Below, in pieces: positions 1 through 12,876 of a stretch of 64,000 nucleotides of DNA (within the stretch, counting starts at the first letter, position 1; every line of letters starts with the position of its first letter). The notes beneath the pieces were generated by a model. That model saw only the letters and a list, made by a program, of their open reading frames with translations, was not told the DNA's origin and did no database searches. Position numbers and translations under genes: made by a program. Location: contig NEEC01000012.1 in NCBI GenBank assembly GCA_002189035.1, positions 868,001 through 932,000 on the forward strand, written 5' to 3'. The DNA comes from Utricularia gibba (taxonomy: Eukaryota; Plantae; Magnoliophyta).

Positions 1-170
1 GAATTGTATTGGCTTAGCTTTTTTTTCTTCACAAAAACGTAGTGCTAGTATTCTGCGTCATTTATATCCTGTTAATGTTTTTTTTTTTAACGGTTGCTTA
101 ATTTAGTTTCTTGAATACTTTCCTTGTTTTAATTTTTTCTAAATGCATTCATATGGTACTTTTCTGGCAG

Positions 171-1913
171 GATTACTATTCTGTTCTTGGCGTGTCAAGA
201 AGTGCTAGCAAATCAGAGATCAAGAGTGGTAGGTGTCAACTATTGAATGCACTGCGAATCCATCTTATGATTACTGAAATCATGTTTTGAGATTCATGCA
301 TTGGCTGATATTTTTTTTTTCGATAATTGGAGGTTTAAAGAATGGAGATGAAACTAAAGGTGTAATAATGTATACTTTAGCTAATATTAATCCCTACGGG
401 TTAACATGGATTATTAGTTTCTGGATTGCTGTCTGGTGCTAAGTAGAATCTATGGCAACCGAGAATTTGTGTTTCTGAAGTTATACACAGTGCTTGCTAC
501 TTATTTTTCATATGGTTATCCCGATCTGTGACATTAAGTCTTGTTTCCCATATCTTTTCGTTCATCAGCATATCGGAAGCTGGCCAGGAATTATCATCCA
601 GATGTGAACAAGTATGTTTCAAGATAGTATATATTTTTTCTTTCTGAATTAAATCAGATATCTCAATATTTTATTTGAATTACAGAGATCCAGGTGCAGA
701 AGAAAAATTCAAAGAGATAAGTAATGCGTATGAGGTATAAAAATGAACCTTCCATTCAATTAGGGTACTGCTTAGTATATTTATTGATAGAATCCTCACA
801 AATACATAACAGGTTTTGCTGGATGATGAGAAACGCTCAATTTATGATAGATATGGAGAAGCTGGATTTAAAGGTGCTGGAATGGGCATGGGGGTAAGTT
901 CCTTTTTTAGTACAAGAGTACCACAAAAGAGAACACAGAGATGAAAGTGGGAATGAATTGTTCAGTTAATTCTATGGGCAACCAGTAAACTGGCTATCCT
1001 TACGGGTGTGGTTTTGCCTATAAAAACTGACTCTTTAACATTTCGCACTGTTTTCAACTTTCAGGATTTCAGCAATCCGTTTGATCTGTTTGACACGATT
1101 TTTAATATGGGGAACATGGGTGGAATGGGTATGGGTGGAAGAGGCTCTCGAAATCGAGCCACAGAAGGTGAAGACCAAGTCTATAATTTGGTTTTGAACT
1201 TCAAGGAAGCCGTATTTGGAGTGGAGAAAGAAATCGAAATCAACCGTCTTGAGAGCTGCAGCACCTGTGATGGGTCTGGTGCAAAACCAGGGACAAAGGC
1301 ATCAAAGTGCGGCATATGTGGAGGTCAAGGACAGGTCATCTCGCAAGTCAGAACTCCTCTCGGTGTGATCCAACAAGTTATGACATGTTCTACTTGTGAG
1401 GGTGCCGGAGAAACCTCAACCCCATGCAATACTTGTGATGGTAATGGCCGAGTGAAGAAGACCAAGCGTATAAGCTTGAAAGTTCCTGCGGGAGTGGATT
1501 CAGGGAATAAACTGAGAGTCCGGTCGGAAGGAAATGCTGGAAGGAGAGGTGGTCCTCCAGGAGACCTCTTTGTGGTGATTGATGTTCTCTCAGATTCTGT
1601 TCTGAGACGGGATGCTACCAACATCCTGTACTCATGCAAGGTTTCTTATATTGATGCCATCCTGGGTACGACGATGAAGGTGCCAACAGTGGATGGGTTG
1701 GCGGATCTCAAGATCCCCGCCGGCACACAACCTGGAACAAAGCTCGTGATGGCAAAGAAGGGCGTGCCCTATCTGAACAAAAGCAACATGCGGGGTGACC
1801 AAGTGGTCACAGTGCAAGTTGAGATCCCAAAACGTTTGGGTAGTGAGGAGAAGAAGCTGATTGAAGAACTCGCCAACCTGAACAAAGCCAAGGCCCCCAA
1901 CAGCCGGAGATAA
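171..1913 (+). CDS. DJA6: Chloroplast-type DnaJ (type A) co-chaperone, DJA5/DJA6-like; 5' exon(s) lie upstream of the window. Exons 171-228, 569-611, 686-734, 813-893, 1065-1913
   Basis: Joining exons at GT-AG sites gives [86 protein letters not shown]... HPD motif intact. Four CxxCxGxG repeats ([32 protein letters not shown]) and a C-terminal domain end at TAA 1913. Closely resembles the Arabidopsis DJA5/DJA6 proteins as I recall them. Confidence 0.95.
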
Positions 1914-2386
1914 GTCTCACTCATGGTAATGCTCTCTTGGATGCACACAGAGTAATAGACATAGTAGCTCAATTTTCGTTCATGTTGTGGATGGATGTAT
2001 TGCTAGAATGTGGCGCTGGGAGAGATGGAGGCTCCAATTTACATTTTTATTTTTTCTTCTAATAAAAGGCCTCAATCTGGACAAGCTGTTGGTGGTGGTA
2101 GTGGAGGACTGGAGACAGAGACTCGCTATCATAAACACTTGAAGTTTGTAAGAATTCTTTTTTAAGCAAATAGAATAGAAGTATTTTTTCGAATACCAGC
2201 TACCGCCATGGCGGGGGATGGAGTTGCTTTGCTTCCAAGGAAAATAAAGAGAAGGCGCGTTGCACAGGGGAAGAATCATCTCTTTCAACCTGAAAACGCC
2301 ATTCCCTTCCTCTGCAGACACGATGCTTTCCATAAAGAGCCACGGAGATTTGTACTTCAGTCGTCGGAGGTCAGATACATAGGGCC

Positions 2387-3378
2387 ATGGAGGCCATTGG
2401 CGCCACCCAAAGCTTCCGCCTGTACTGGTGCTACCAATGCCATCGAACGGTTCGTATTGCATCAAGCGGCCCCTTGGACATCATCTGCCCGCGTTGCACA
2501 GGACGCTTTGTCTACGAGCTGGAGATGGGCAGGCCGAGAAACGTTCTGGAATTCACGGCGTTTGATCCGTCTCCGGAGGCTCGAATCCTGGAGGCACTGT
2601 CCTTAATGTTTGATCCCAGGGCCAGAGGTACAAGGAGAAGAAATCGGGCCGGGGAATCTGAACAGATTGAGAACACCAGACAACGAGGCACAACTGGATT
2701 GTTCGATGGTTGGGGTCCTCAGAGTGGGATTTTGGCGCGCCCCAGAACATGGGTTGTACTCCGGCCAACTGAGGGCGGTGCCGACTCCCGGGACTACTAC
2801 ACCGGGCCTGCTCTTGAGGAGCTGATCCAAGAACTGACACAGGATGACAGGGCTGGCCCCCACCAGCTCCAAGCTCGGCCATCGACGCTGTTCCGCGAAT
2901 CAGAGTTGCGCCGGGGCACCTGCTGGTGGATTCCGAGTGCCCAGTCTGCAAGGAGGAACTCAAAGTGGGTATGGAAGCGAGGGAGCTGCCATGCAGTCAT
3001 ATATACCATTCTGACTGCATCGTTCCCTGGCTAAGACTCCACAATTCCTGTCCTGTTTGCCGCCAGGCTGTGGGTAATCCACCAGGCACCCAGGTTACAG
3101 AATCAGCAGAATCGCATGCTGATAACAACAGGGAAGGGAGGTGCTGGCGTCTGAGACACCTGACCAGCAGATTATGGCCGTTCTATTCAAGATTTCAGTC
3201 GTTTCTATCCACGGGACACGGCAATGACAGCGGAACTCAAGGTAAAACACTCTACTTCCCTGAATATCGTTCATGCTCGCGTAGAGAGGTAGGCTACCAC
3301 TGGAAGACTACGTATAAAATCGTGTTTTCTGTTTCCAGAAACGCAATCAGGGAGATGCACGATACTCTAAAGAAGTAG
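2387..3378 (+). pseudogene. Zinc-ribbon + RING-H2 E3 ubiquitin ligase (RING1/RZF1-like), frameshifted at the C run 2857-2861; either a pseudogene or a sequencing error
   Basis: N-terminal YWCYQC...CPRC zinc ribbon and [20 protein letters not shown] in ORF 2387-3034. RING-H2 CPVCKEE...[26 protein letters not shown] is in another frame (ORF 2926-3378). Adding one C restores [18 protein letters not shown] and a 330-aa protein. Confidence 0.85.
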
Positions 3379-4405
3379 GACACAAGAGGAGCGAGCAGCT
3401 TATTGGCATGCAGGCAAGAATGCCTGAAATGCTGGTGCAGATCCAGCTACAAAACAAAGCTGCGGCTCTGGAAGGAGTGACAGATTCTTCAAATGAAGTT
3501 AAATTCTCGCGTGATACCACATGAAAAGAAGACAAAGTGATCTGCACTTCATATGTAACCTAACAAGCACCTCGCAGGGTTGGAAGAAGGTTTGATTTTT
3601 CAGAAAACCAGAAGAACGAGTCGATAAAACCTATATATTTATGGCAGCAAACAACTACCTAGGCCTAAGTTTACCGAATAAAACTTCTCCTTCACAAGCT
3701 GCGCAACGGCTCTTTCATAGATAATCTGCAACACCCATTAGCAGAGGACCTGAGGATGGCCTGAAGGTTTGATCTCCAACCGGTAGCAAATTGGGCGGCT
3801 TTTACGTGCACTCAGACAAGGCACTGATCATTCAAGTTATGCTTAAGCATGGTCAAATTAGCTATTGAAGCAGATCCAGAAACATTTCAGTCTCAGGCAC
3901 TCTTCGTCATATAGTGATAAGATATTGAAGGAATCAAATTTCTAAGCAACTGATAGAATAGTTTTCTAAATGTCGCAGTTTTCAAAATCATATAATGTTT
4001 ACAAATTTGATAAATAAATTGATTCTTTAGATTTCATTACAAATTTGAACGTTTGGCGTCAATAGTCCCCAATATTTGTAAAAATTGAAACAATGATCCT
4101 CCTGTTTTGATGTTATTATCGCTAGTGTTTTAAAATAGAAGTAATATTGGTCCTCACTTTTTAAATATAATGGCAAAATGGGTTCTCAACATTTTAGTAA
4201 TCATCAATTTGACATAAATAATCTTCATTGTTTGTAAGAATCAACATTATAAAAACTAATTATACCAGGTACATTAAACTTTGGAGATTAATAATGCAGA
4301 TAGATGAAATTTTGGAGATTAATTTTGTCAATGGGATCAATTGCATAATTTATATTACAAAATGGAAAATAATTTTATCAAAACGTGAAAAACTTGAAAT
4401 TTTTC

Positions 4406-5352
4406 TAATAAGTGGTTTTGTATAACTTATATTTATACTTTTTAGTGCCCTTTTTAGTATAGTTTTACATCTTTTTTATTCCCCTTTCTTTAGGCTTTTA
4501 GAAAAATTTTATATCTTTCATATCATTTTTATCTTTTTGAAGGAGAATTGTATTTTGTGATTTTTCAGGACAATTTTGATATAATTTGGAGTATTTTTGA
4601 ATTGACTTTAGTGGAGGCAAAAATTTGGTATATTCAAATGAAAATTCAATCAAAGATTCCTAGATAAAATCACATCTTATCTTGAAAAATTTAGATCTTA
4701 TCCTAAAAGATCTATATTACATCTTAGAAGATTCAGATAGAAGATTTAATATGAACCCATCAAGAAAGTTCGACAAATCCTCATCATTAAATAAAGACCA
4801 AAAACTAATGATTGAACGAGGAGAGTCAATTTTAGGGTTTAGTGTTGAATCTATCATGTTTTGGATTCTTTTCTTTTCGTTTTTCATCAACTTTTGTTGG
4901 TTAAAATCAACCATGCACATGTGAGCGCTTACAGATAAGGATCTATGGTAAAGCCTTATTTGCACAAGTTCTATGCATGCGATTGTCTTGCTATGTTTTT
5001 AGCATTTAATTTAAGATTTGATTTTTTTTTTCGCAACATATCTTTACCAACGTAATTTTTAGTATCATATAACTCTAAGGGAGTATGAAATAATCAAAAG
5101 TTAGCCTCAAGCATATAAGAAGAAGAGTTCAATTAGACATCATTGGTAAGACACATTTTATTTAATCTATCTATGAGGTGTGAGGTGTAGGGATTAGATT
5201 TGGGTGTATGGAAAACATGAGTTATCATAGGAGGTGAAATGACTTTGGTGACATGATTGATTCTATAATCCCACTAATGAGAGATAGTGCTATAGCGATC
5301 ATCGAGTTGAACTATTTTGGAATAACGCCCTCAAAACTTGTGCAAGCAAGTG
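4406..5352 (+). mobile_element. Athila-like Ty3/gypsy LTR fragment (family B), 3'-truncated
   Basis: Starts TAATAAGTGGTTTTGTAT, similar to TGATAAATGATTTTGTAT at 37089. Long shared blocks with 8735-9600 and 37089-38289, e.g. GAGGTGTAGGG.TTAGATTTG.GTGT. Confidence 0.7.
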
Positions 5353-5399
5353 AGTTTTCATAATCTTCTCCAAAAACTAAATAACATAAGAGAGCCATG

Positions 5400-6230
5400 T
5401 CTAAATTAATCTCTTCTTTGAATTTTCGATTTTAGATTTTTTAAAGTGTCCTAGATAAAGGTATACTTAGTTCTATCATTTTGCAAGTAATTTCACCATG
5501 TGCTCCAAACTATAGTTTGATTGATAAGGAATAATAGCTCCAATAATGTAGAGGTTGAGATGGGGCAGTGTTTCATTTAGAGAAAAGAGACAAGTTTTCT
5601 AATAATGATGTTTTGCAGTAGTTGTCTCTAGCAGAAAACAAGATGGTATCTTTTTTATATTTGATAATATTATAATTATATATGATTCTTTGGTTTTGAT
5701 AGAATGCATTAACTTCTTCTATAGGCATTTCATGAATTAGAAATCCTAGAATAGTATGAACAGGGGCTAAGTTCAAAGATTCATGATATCTTCCTTGTTG
5801 ATAAAGGATGGATTGGAAACCAAATTTCAAAATATCATTCATTGTAGTAAGTTGGGTCAAGACTTAGAACTATCCACTCCATGCACATCTCCTACGGTAT
5901 GAGAACTTCCTCTCAATGGCATGTATGAGTTATCATACTGCCCGATGATAGAATAGGAGTTTTCAGCTATTTGTTTGATCAATCTTTACATATCAATAAT
6001 GTGCCAATTCTCTAGTAATGACACATTACAAGTGACATTCATCTATTATCGAATCATTGGGTTTAATCCTTCATATAAGGGCTTTAAAATTTGATCTTCA
6101 ATGATTTCATGATGTAGATAAGTATTGTAGATCGGATTAAATTGATCATAATATTTTTACAAATTTTCTCATTCAATTTGCATCATTGTGAGCTCTTCTT
6201 TCGTCGAAGGTCCTTCTTAGAGGTGCACAT
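5400..6230 (-). mobile_element. Highly degenerate Ty1/copia reverse transcriptase remnant
   Basis: ORF 5573-5860 reads GFQSILYQQGRYHESLNLAPVHTILGFL...EEVNAF, which loosely fits copia RT KGFSQ..GIDY.ETFAPV...DV.NAF. Confidence 0.4.
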
Positions 6231-6259
6231 TGATTCATAAATTTTTGAATTATAAAGCT

Positions 6260-6900
6260 TGATAACATATATTTTTTTAGCAATTTATAATACAAAATTA
6301 TGATGCTTTATTGTGGTTTAAGTTAGGTTAATATGATTTTCATATTTTAGATATTGTTTAGTTTAATTTCGTGTTTATGCAAAAAAGTGGAATAGGATTT
6401 AGTCCATCTTTTGTTATTGACGTTTAATTAAGTCTAGCAGAAGGACTAGTATCAAATTGAACTGAAAGATGCATGGACTAAGTTGACGGAGGCAAAATAT
6501 CCGAAGGGAGACAAAGAGGACTGTTCTGCCATCCGGTGTATGCAAGTTCAGATAATATACAAAGGGAGACAAACAGTGTATTAAAGTAAAAGAGAGGAGA
6601 TATTCTTTGGAGGAGTGAGAGAATGAAAATAGAGAGGAGCTTGAACGAAGAACAGAGAGAGAAAAACTCCACAACACGAACAACGAACAAGAGGGGAAAT
6701 AGATGATTTTTATGGGAAGAGAGCCTCAAACTTGAAGAATAGCACCAAAATCTAATTCAACATTACCATTCTAGGTTGTGAATAGAAGTAGACATGAACT
6801 AGAACTATTTTTACTTTATTTTAGTTTGCTGAATGTTTTTAGTTTTTGTGACTGATTTTCTCATGATATTCATGATGTTTTCATTAGTTTACATTTATGA
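6260..6900 (+). mobile_element. Athila-like LTR 5' fragment (family A)
   Basis: Starts TGATAACA. Collinear with the first ~600 nt of the solo LTR at 22439 (AAAAAGTGGA...GATTTAGTCCA, GAGAGGAGATATT). Confidence 0.65.
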
Positions 6901-6999
6901 AATCTGCGATTTAGTCCCAACCTTCTAATAGTTCCTTTCAAGCAATGCAGCATGGGTCGCAACACAAATCCCAAGGAGCCGAGTATGAACAGTGTGGTG

Positions 7000-7931
7000 G
7001 CAGTAAAGGTTACAGAAGTCTGAAGAAGAGTACACGCAAAGCCCAATGAGGGGAGAAAGGAAGATTTTGGACAAAAAGGGGGAAAGGTGGAGAGAGAAGC
7101 AGATCTCCCCTTGGAGACTCACGAACACAATTTCTGGGAAGGTTTTTTGGGGAGGAAGAAGAAGGAAGACAAACAGGAACGAAGCTGAAGTTCAAGATTA
7201 TTTTCTGTATTCGAAGAACATTACTCCTAGCTAAGAGTAGCTAGTGACGTTTTTCAGTTTTTGTTGACACTTCACATTACTTGCTTGTTTGCTTTCTGGT
7301 ATTTGATTGTGAAATGAGCACACTGTGGGTGATGTTTTCTTTTCCACTTTCATTTACCCTAAGCATGAGTGGCTAAGTACTTAGGGGGGTGCCTTGGGGT
7401 AAAAAGGGGAGAAACATGTTAATCAACCTTTAGATCTAAACAGCCATGAGTCACGCCACTTCCTTAACAAACCAGGATAGATCCAGGAGGGGGAAGTAGT
7501 GAAACCCAACTTAACAACCTTAATTAGAGGTAGACCAAAGATTAGGGGGAAAAACAAGAATCCGGGTAGACCTAGATCTTGTGAGTTAGTTGTATGATTT
7601 GTGGTTTGTGTGAGTTTGTTTAGTGATGAGCATACATCCCCTAGGAGTCCCAAGGCATCACCCATTCCATTCCAGAAACAACCGAACTCCAGAACTTGTT
7701 ATTTTTATTTACTGTATTTTGTTTTAGTTCTGCCTTACTCCTAGCTAACACCAATTGTGCCAACGTGACACTAGTTTCGTGCGTCAACTTTCACATAGCA
7801 AGCACCTGCTCTTCGTGTTCGACCCTAATCACTATGCTCATAATTGTTTTATGCTTGAATGTGGGTTAGGTTATAAATTTATTTGATAGGAAAATTTGCA
7901 ATTAACGACTTGCACAATTTTTCGTTTATCA
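7000..7931 (+). mobile_element. Athila-like LTR 3' fragment ending TTTATCA
   Basis: Ends TTTTTCGTTTATCA. Shares GGGTAGACCT and TTATAAATTTATTTGATA motifs with the family A LTR 3' ends at 23778 and 35980. The 5' boundary is approximate. Confidence 0.55.
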
Positions 7932-8734
7932 GGTCTACTCATGCATTGATAGAAATAAGGGCTAAGAAACAAGCATAAATTTTATTATTAACCCTAAGCA
8001 CATACCACCATACTTTATCTTAAGACATCCCTAAGGCTTTAACTATTCATACTTCAAAAATAAGACATGGTTTCATTCAGATAATGTAGCTAAAAGGATA
8101 GAAACATTGTAAACAATTCAAGTACAAAACTCGAAATGTTCAGAAAACAGAAAGAAAATAAAGATTGTTCTGTCTCTCTGTTGCTACTATTCATGGCCAA
8201 GAACAGTAGCACTAGACAGGGCTCTGGTGCTGCTCTTGACGATAAGGGCCTTCTTCCCCTCTTCTGGCTGGTGTTTTTTGCGTTGGGGAAGAAGCCCCCT
8301 TGCATGCATTTTGTTCCCTTTGCGTCCGTTGCTACCCTACATTCATTCTACACGTTCTCCTCTCCTTTTTCGAAAAATATCTTCCTTCCTTCACTCCAAC
8401 TCATTGTTCATGACACCAGCACTGTTCCTGCCCTGAACTCGAAGACTATAGGTGGTCGAACAGTGCTCATTGTCTCTCTTCAGATATTGCGCCCTTTTTC
8501 ACTTGTTCCATACGTTTGTAAGTCTGATTTTCTGCTGATCTCCTTACTGAACTTAGTCAAACATTAGTAACAAAGGTAGTGGACTAGATCAAAGGATTTA
8601 GTCCACTTTTTAGCATAAACACACAAGATTAACTTAAACACATACAAATATGAAAAACCACATTTATCTAACCTAAAGCACAACAAAATATAACTATTTT
8701 GTATTATAAAATTCAGGAAAAATGTGTGTCATCA
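7932..8734 (-). mobile_element. Athila-like LTR 5' fragment (family A), inverted
   Basis: Reverse complement starts TGATGACACACATTTTTCC, matching TGATGACACACGTTTTC at 22439, and stays collinear down to about 7932. Confidence 0.75.
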
Positions 8735-9600
8735 GGAGTTAAAGATTTAGTCTATCGGGATGAAGACTTAATCAAAGATTATGAAATAAGATAAGATTTG
8801 CATTTTATCTTGAAAGATTTAAATCTTATTCTTGAAAATTTACATCTTATCTTAGAAAATTCAGATAGAAGATTTGATATAAACCTATGATAAAAAGTTG
8901 ACAAGTCTCCACCATTATATAAAAACTAGAGCCCAAAGATCAAAGAATAGAGTCAATTTTAAGATTTAGAGTTAAGTCCAACATGTTTTGAATTCATTTA
9001 CTTTCTTTTTTCATTAACTTTTGTTGTTTAGAATTAAGCATGCATATGTGAGTGCTTGCGATTAGGAATCTATAGTGAAGTGTTGCTTGCGTAAGTCGTG
9101 GACGTGTATTTGTTTTACTATGTTCTTTATCATTTAATATGAGATTTGATTCTATTTTTTATAATGTTTTCTTTACCAACAAACTTTTTAATACCATATA
9201 ACTCTAAGGGAGTGTGGTAGAATCAGAGATTAGCCTCAAACACCTAATGAGAAGGGCTCTATTGGACATCGTTGGCAACAAACATTCTGTCTAATCTATC
9301 TGCGAGGTGATACGTGTAGGGGGTTAGATTTGGGTGTGGAGAAAACACAGAATATTACAAAAGGTGAAATAGCTCTAGTGTCATAGTTGATTCCATAATC
9401 CCACTAAACAAAGAACGATGTTATAACGATTATCGAGTAGCACTATTTTAGAACAACACTCCAAAAGCTTGCCTCAGCAGGTCATTCCTCAAAATTCGTA
9501 TATACACACAAGGACAAGTTTTTAAAAAAGTGGATCATAGATCTAAAGTCACTATTCTTTATAGTTTCAAAACCACTCTTTTACTTTTTTTTCGGTCTTT
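8735..9600 (+). mobile_element. Athila-like LTR internal fragment (family B)
   Basis: Collinear with 4650-5350 and 37330-38150. Confidence 0.7.
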
Positions 9601-12600
9601 TGAGACATTATTTTGAAAAAAAAATTTCAACAACAATTCTGTGTTAATACGATGCTTATTTATCACTTTGATGGTTTATGTACACTTATAGAATTACCAT
9701 CACCAATTTCTTCTTGTTTTTAAGTGGCTTACAAGATGTGATCAGTGTTAGTTGATGTTATACTTTTGTAGGGTGTGAAATAGTTTTCCTGTTACAGTGT
9801 CTGTTTAGGTGTGACTCATATGTTGAATTTGATCAAGTGTGACTGAGATGAATGAGAATCACTTTCTAACATGAAAATTATGTAAATAACACTAGGTTAA
9901 ACAGTATTTGTAGAGTAATAATTTGTAGAGTTTTTTTAGTTATTTGTGTAAACAATAAATGTTAAATTGTTAGTAATTAATTGTGTCAGTTTACAAAATA
10001 ATTTGATTATTATTATATGTTGATTTGGAACATGATGGATATGCTGAATCTCACAACCTAATTTGAAATTTCACTCATAATGAATAATAATGCTTCTCAT
10101 TCATTGAATCAGTGGATTACTAATAATTCTATTTTTAATGAAGATCAACTATAGAAAGAATATGAAAATGATTACATAGAAGTCAACTCCCCTTTTCGCA
10201 AGGGATAAAAAAGTTGATAAAAAAGATTTTCACTCCGAAGTTGGAGAGTATTCAATCAAAGATTTTGCAAATGACATGATTCACAAGATTCTCATTATTG
10301 AATTTGAGCAGCACACTATAAGAAGATACAAATGTGGAAAATCACAACAATTATAGACCTACATACCTATGGACATTTTTATCTAGAATATTTCGATCAT
10401 AAATCATCATCACTATGGTGAAAGATGAGAAATGTTATACAATTCTATTTAAATCAAACTTGATAAGGAATGTAAAAAGCTTTTGAATTGCTTATTATAT
10501 GGGAGTTGACAGATGGAAAATTCTATAAATATCGTAGATTTAAAGGTTTTTACTATTAAAAATAATTTATAAACTGAATAAATAAATCACATTTGATTCG
10601 TAAAAAAAATGAATATAGTAACAATAAGTTTAGATCAATTCACAAATAGCAAATGGTTTTCAATTGATAATCCTATGCATAACCTAGATTAAACTGAATT
10701 CCACAAAATTCATGTTGCTAATCAAGAAAAAAAATTATCATTCCAGACACTGCTTCATGTATTAGCAATGCCTGGAATCCAATTGCTGCTTTATGTGTTG
10801 GCAACAACTAAAATAACATTCCACGCAATCAAATGCTATTCCAAACATTGTGAACACACGTAACATCACCTAAAATCAAGACATTACGAACACATGAAGT
10901 AGTGTCTATAATTTAAGCACTACTAACACACACACCAATGTTTCAATTCCACACATTGCTTTGCACTCTCTCAATGCTTCTAACAATATTTTTGGGACTA
11001 TTTTATTAATTTTTTGACTAATTTTTTCATATTAATATTTGCAAGTTACTTTTTTAAAAAACATATTATAAAGTAAAATGTAAATGAAATTTAACTTTAA
11101 TTTTTTTGGGTTAACTAAATTTCATTTAATAAAAATTAAATAATTGTAAAAAAAATATTTTTAGACGTTTCTATAACAAAAAATAAATGCAAAAAATATA
11201 TTTTTCAATATAATAAATGCATACATGACATTTTTATGTACTAAGAAATATTTAAAGGATAATTATCTTATGTTTGATTTATTTCTTTTAATATATTGAT
11301 TTCCTACATGAAATGTTTCAAATTAGAATTCATTTTTGTACAATGGACAATTTATTCATAATTTCTATGTAATAAGATTTTGTTATCATATTAATTTTTT
11401 AGAGAAATATTGCGGAAAATATTCGGTCTCTTATTTGTTTTTTATGTTTGATTTGTTTGATTTAACAAAATTGTACAGTATTTTTCATGATCGATCAAAA
11501 AAGCTGATACTTGTAACATGTTTTATCAAAATAACAATGATGTTCAAATTAACAACGATGTTCAAATTCAGTAATTGAAATCATAGCATAACGTTGAAAG
11601 TGACAAATACTGATTTTATGTATGAAATAACACTAAGATGCCTCAAGGTAGTTCAGGTAATGTGATGTTCAAGTTTTAAATCTAATCTACAAGTTTTTTA
11701 TATACACACTCTAAGCAACCTAAATTTACCCAAGTTATTTTTCATGTTTTCGGGCTAAGATGTTCCCAAATGTCGTTATCCATTATTTAGATCTACTCAT
11801 GTGTGAAATATGTAGAACTAAGTTTACCTGGTTTTACTGTTTCTATTCAAGACTAATATATACTATTATCATCTTGATCTATCTTTGAATCAAGTTTCTA
11901 TATTGCAATGTTGTTCGCTCTCCTCCCTTCAATTTACATAATCATATGGTATAATTAAACAACTCATGATGAAAAACAGAATCATTATTTCATAAATTAA
12001 AAATAGAATTATATTTATAATTACAAATTCAAAAGTAGAACAATAAACATAAATGTTCTTAATGTATAAAGAAAGCAATATTTAGTTCTGCATTCTCTAT
12101 AGCTACTGTTTTCAGTTCTAAGCAGTAGCATAAAATTGAGTTCAATGCTAGAAGAGCTATAGGATGAAATTTCTTTCTCAATTATCTCCTTTATTCCTCT
12201 TTTCAGGTCTGCTTTTTTTTTTATTCATGTTGATCTCCTCAAAATATCTTCGCTGACTTGTGTTTTTCTTTTTTTTTTCATTTTTGAAAATATGTTTCTT
12301 TCCAATATTTTGTAACTTAACAACGCAATTTTCTCATGTCATGGAATTGTACTCAAGAAATCCACAATTCACTTGCTACCAACAACGGTTCCATTTGTTT
12401 CTTAAACTTGGATGATGTGAAAAATAATGTTAGCGACTGTTGTTCGGTCAAAAACTGATTAGTTAGACCAATCAATATTGCAAATTTATAAACAAGTTAT
12501 TGATTGCTATATGCATTAATTAATATTAATTTTTTTCAAAAAAAAATATCAATTATAGACTTTCAAAAAAAAATATTAATTTGTATTTGTATTTTTATTT

Positions 12601-12876
12601 TCTTAGCGTGTTTCACAGTCAAATTCATTTTATTGTAGCTATTGAAAAAAAAAATATATCAAGTGTGGTTTTTTTATTGGAAAAAATATACTCTTATTTA
12701 AAATAGTTTTAAAGAATAATTGAAATTATTAACATTATTTTCTAATTATATTTATATTATTTTTAATTGTATAACAGTTTAATTGAATTTTAATAAGAAT
12801 AAACACTCAACTGAATAAAATTTAAAATAACTCAATTCCACGTATATTGAAATAACCATGTATTTCACATTATTTT

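Noticed and set aside
1008-1064. ORF-track N-terminus [10 protein letters not shown]... for DnaJ
   Set aside because: Starts at a GTG inside an intron. The real exon begins at 1065 after TTTCAG, and the J-domain is on upstream exons.
1065-1913. Long 849-nt final DnaJ exon as evidence of intron loss
   Set aside because: I cannot reliably recall the ortholog exon structure, so there is no basis for calling it unusual.
1325-3009. Overlapping antisense and alternate-frame ORFs over the DnaJ and RING genes
   Set aside because: Shadow ORFs expected in GC-richer coding DNA, with no recognisable domains.
6414-8567. Hydrophobic Leu/Phe/Ser-rich ORFs that look like membrane peptides (also 22735-22962 and 55757-56168)
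   Set aside because: They are translations of purine/pyrimidine-biased LTR sequence.
9600-12800. AT-rich tract with scattered short ORFs and MITE-like motifs (similar tracts at 40000-43000, 47000-48700 and 52900-54400)
   Set aside because: No TIR/TSD pair or protein motif could be confirmed by eye.
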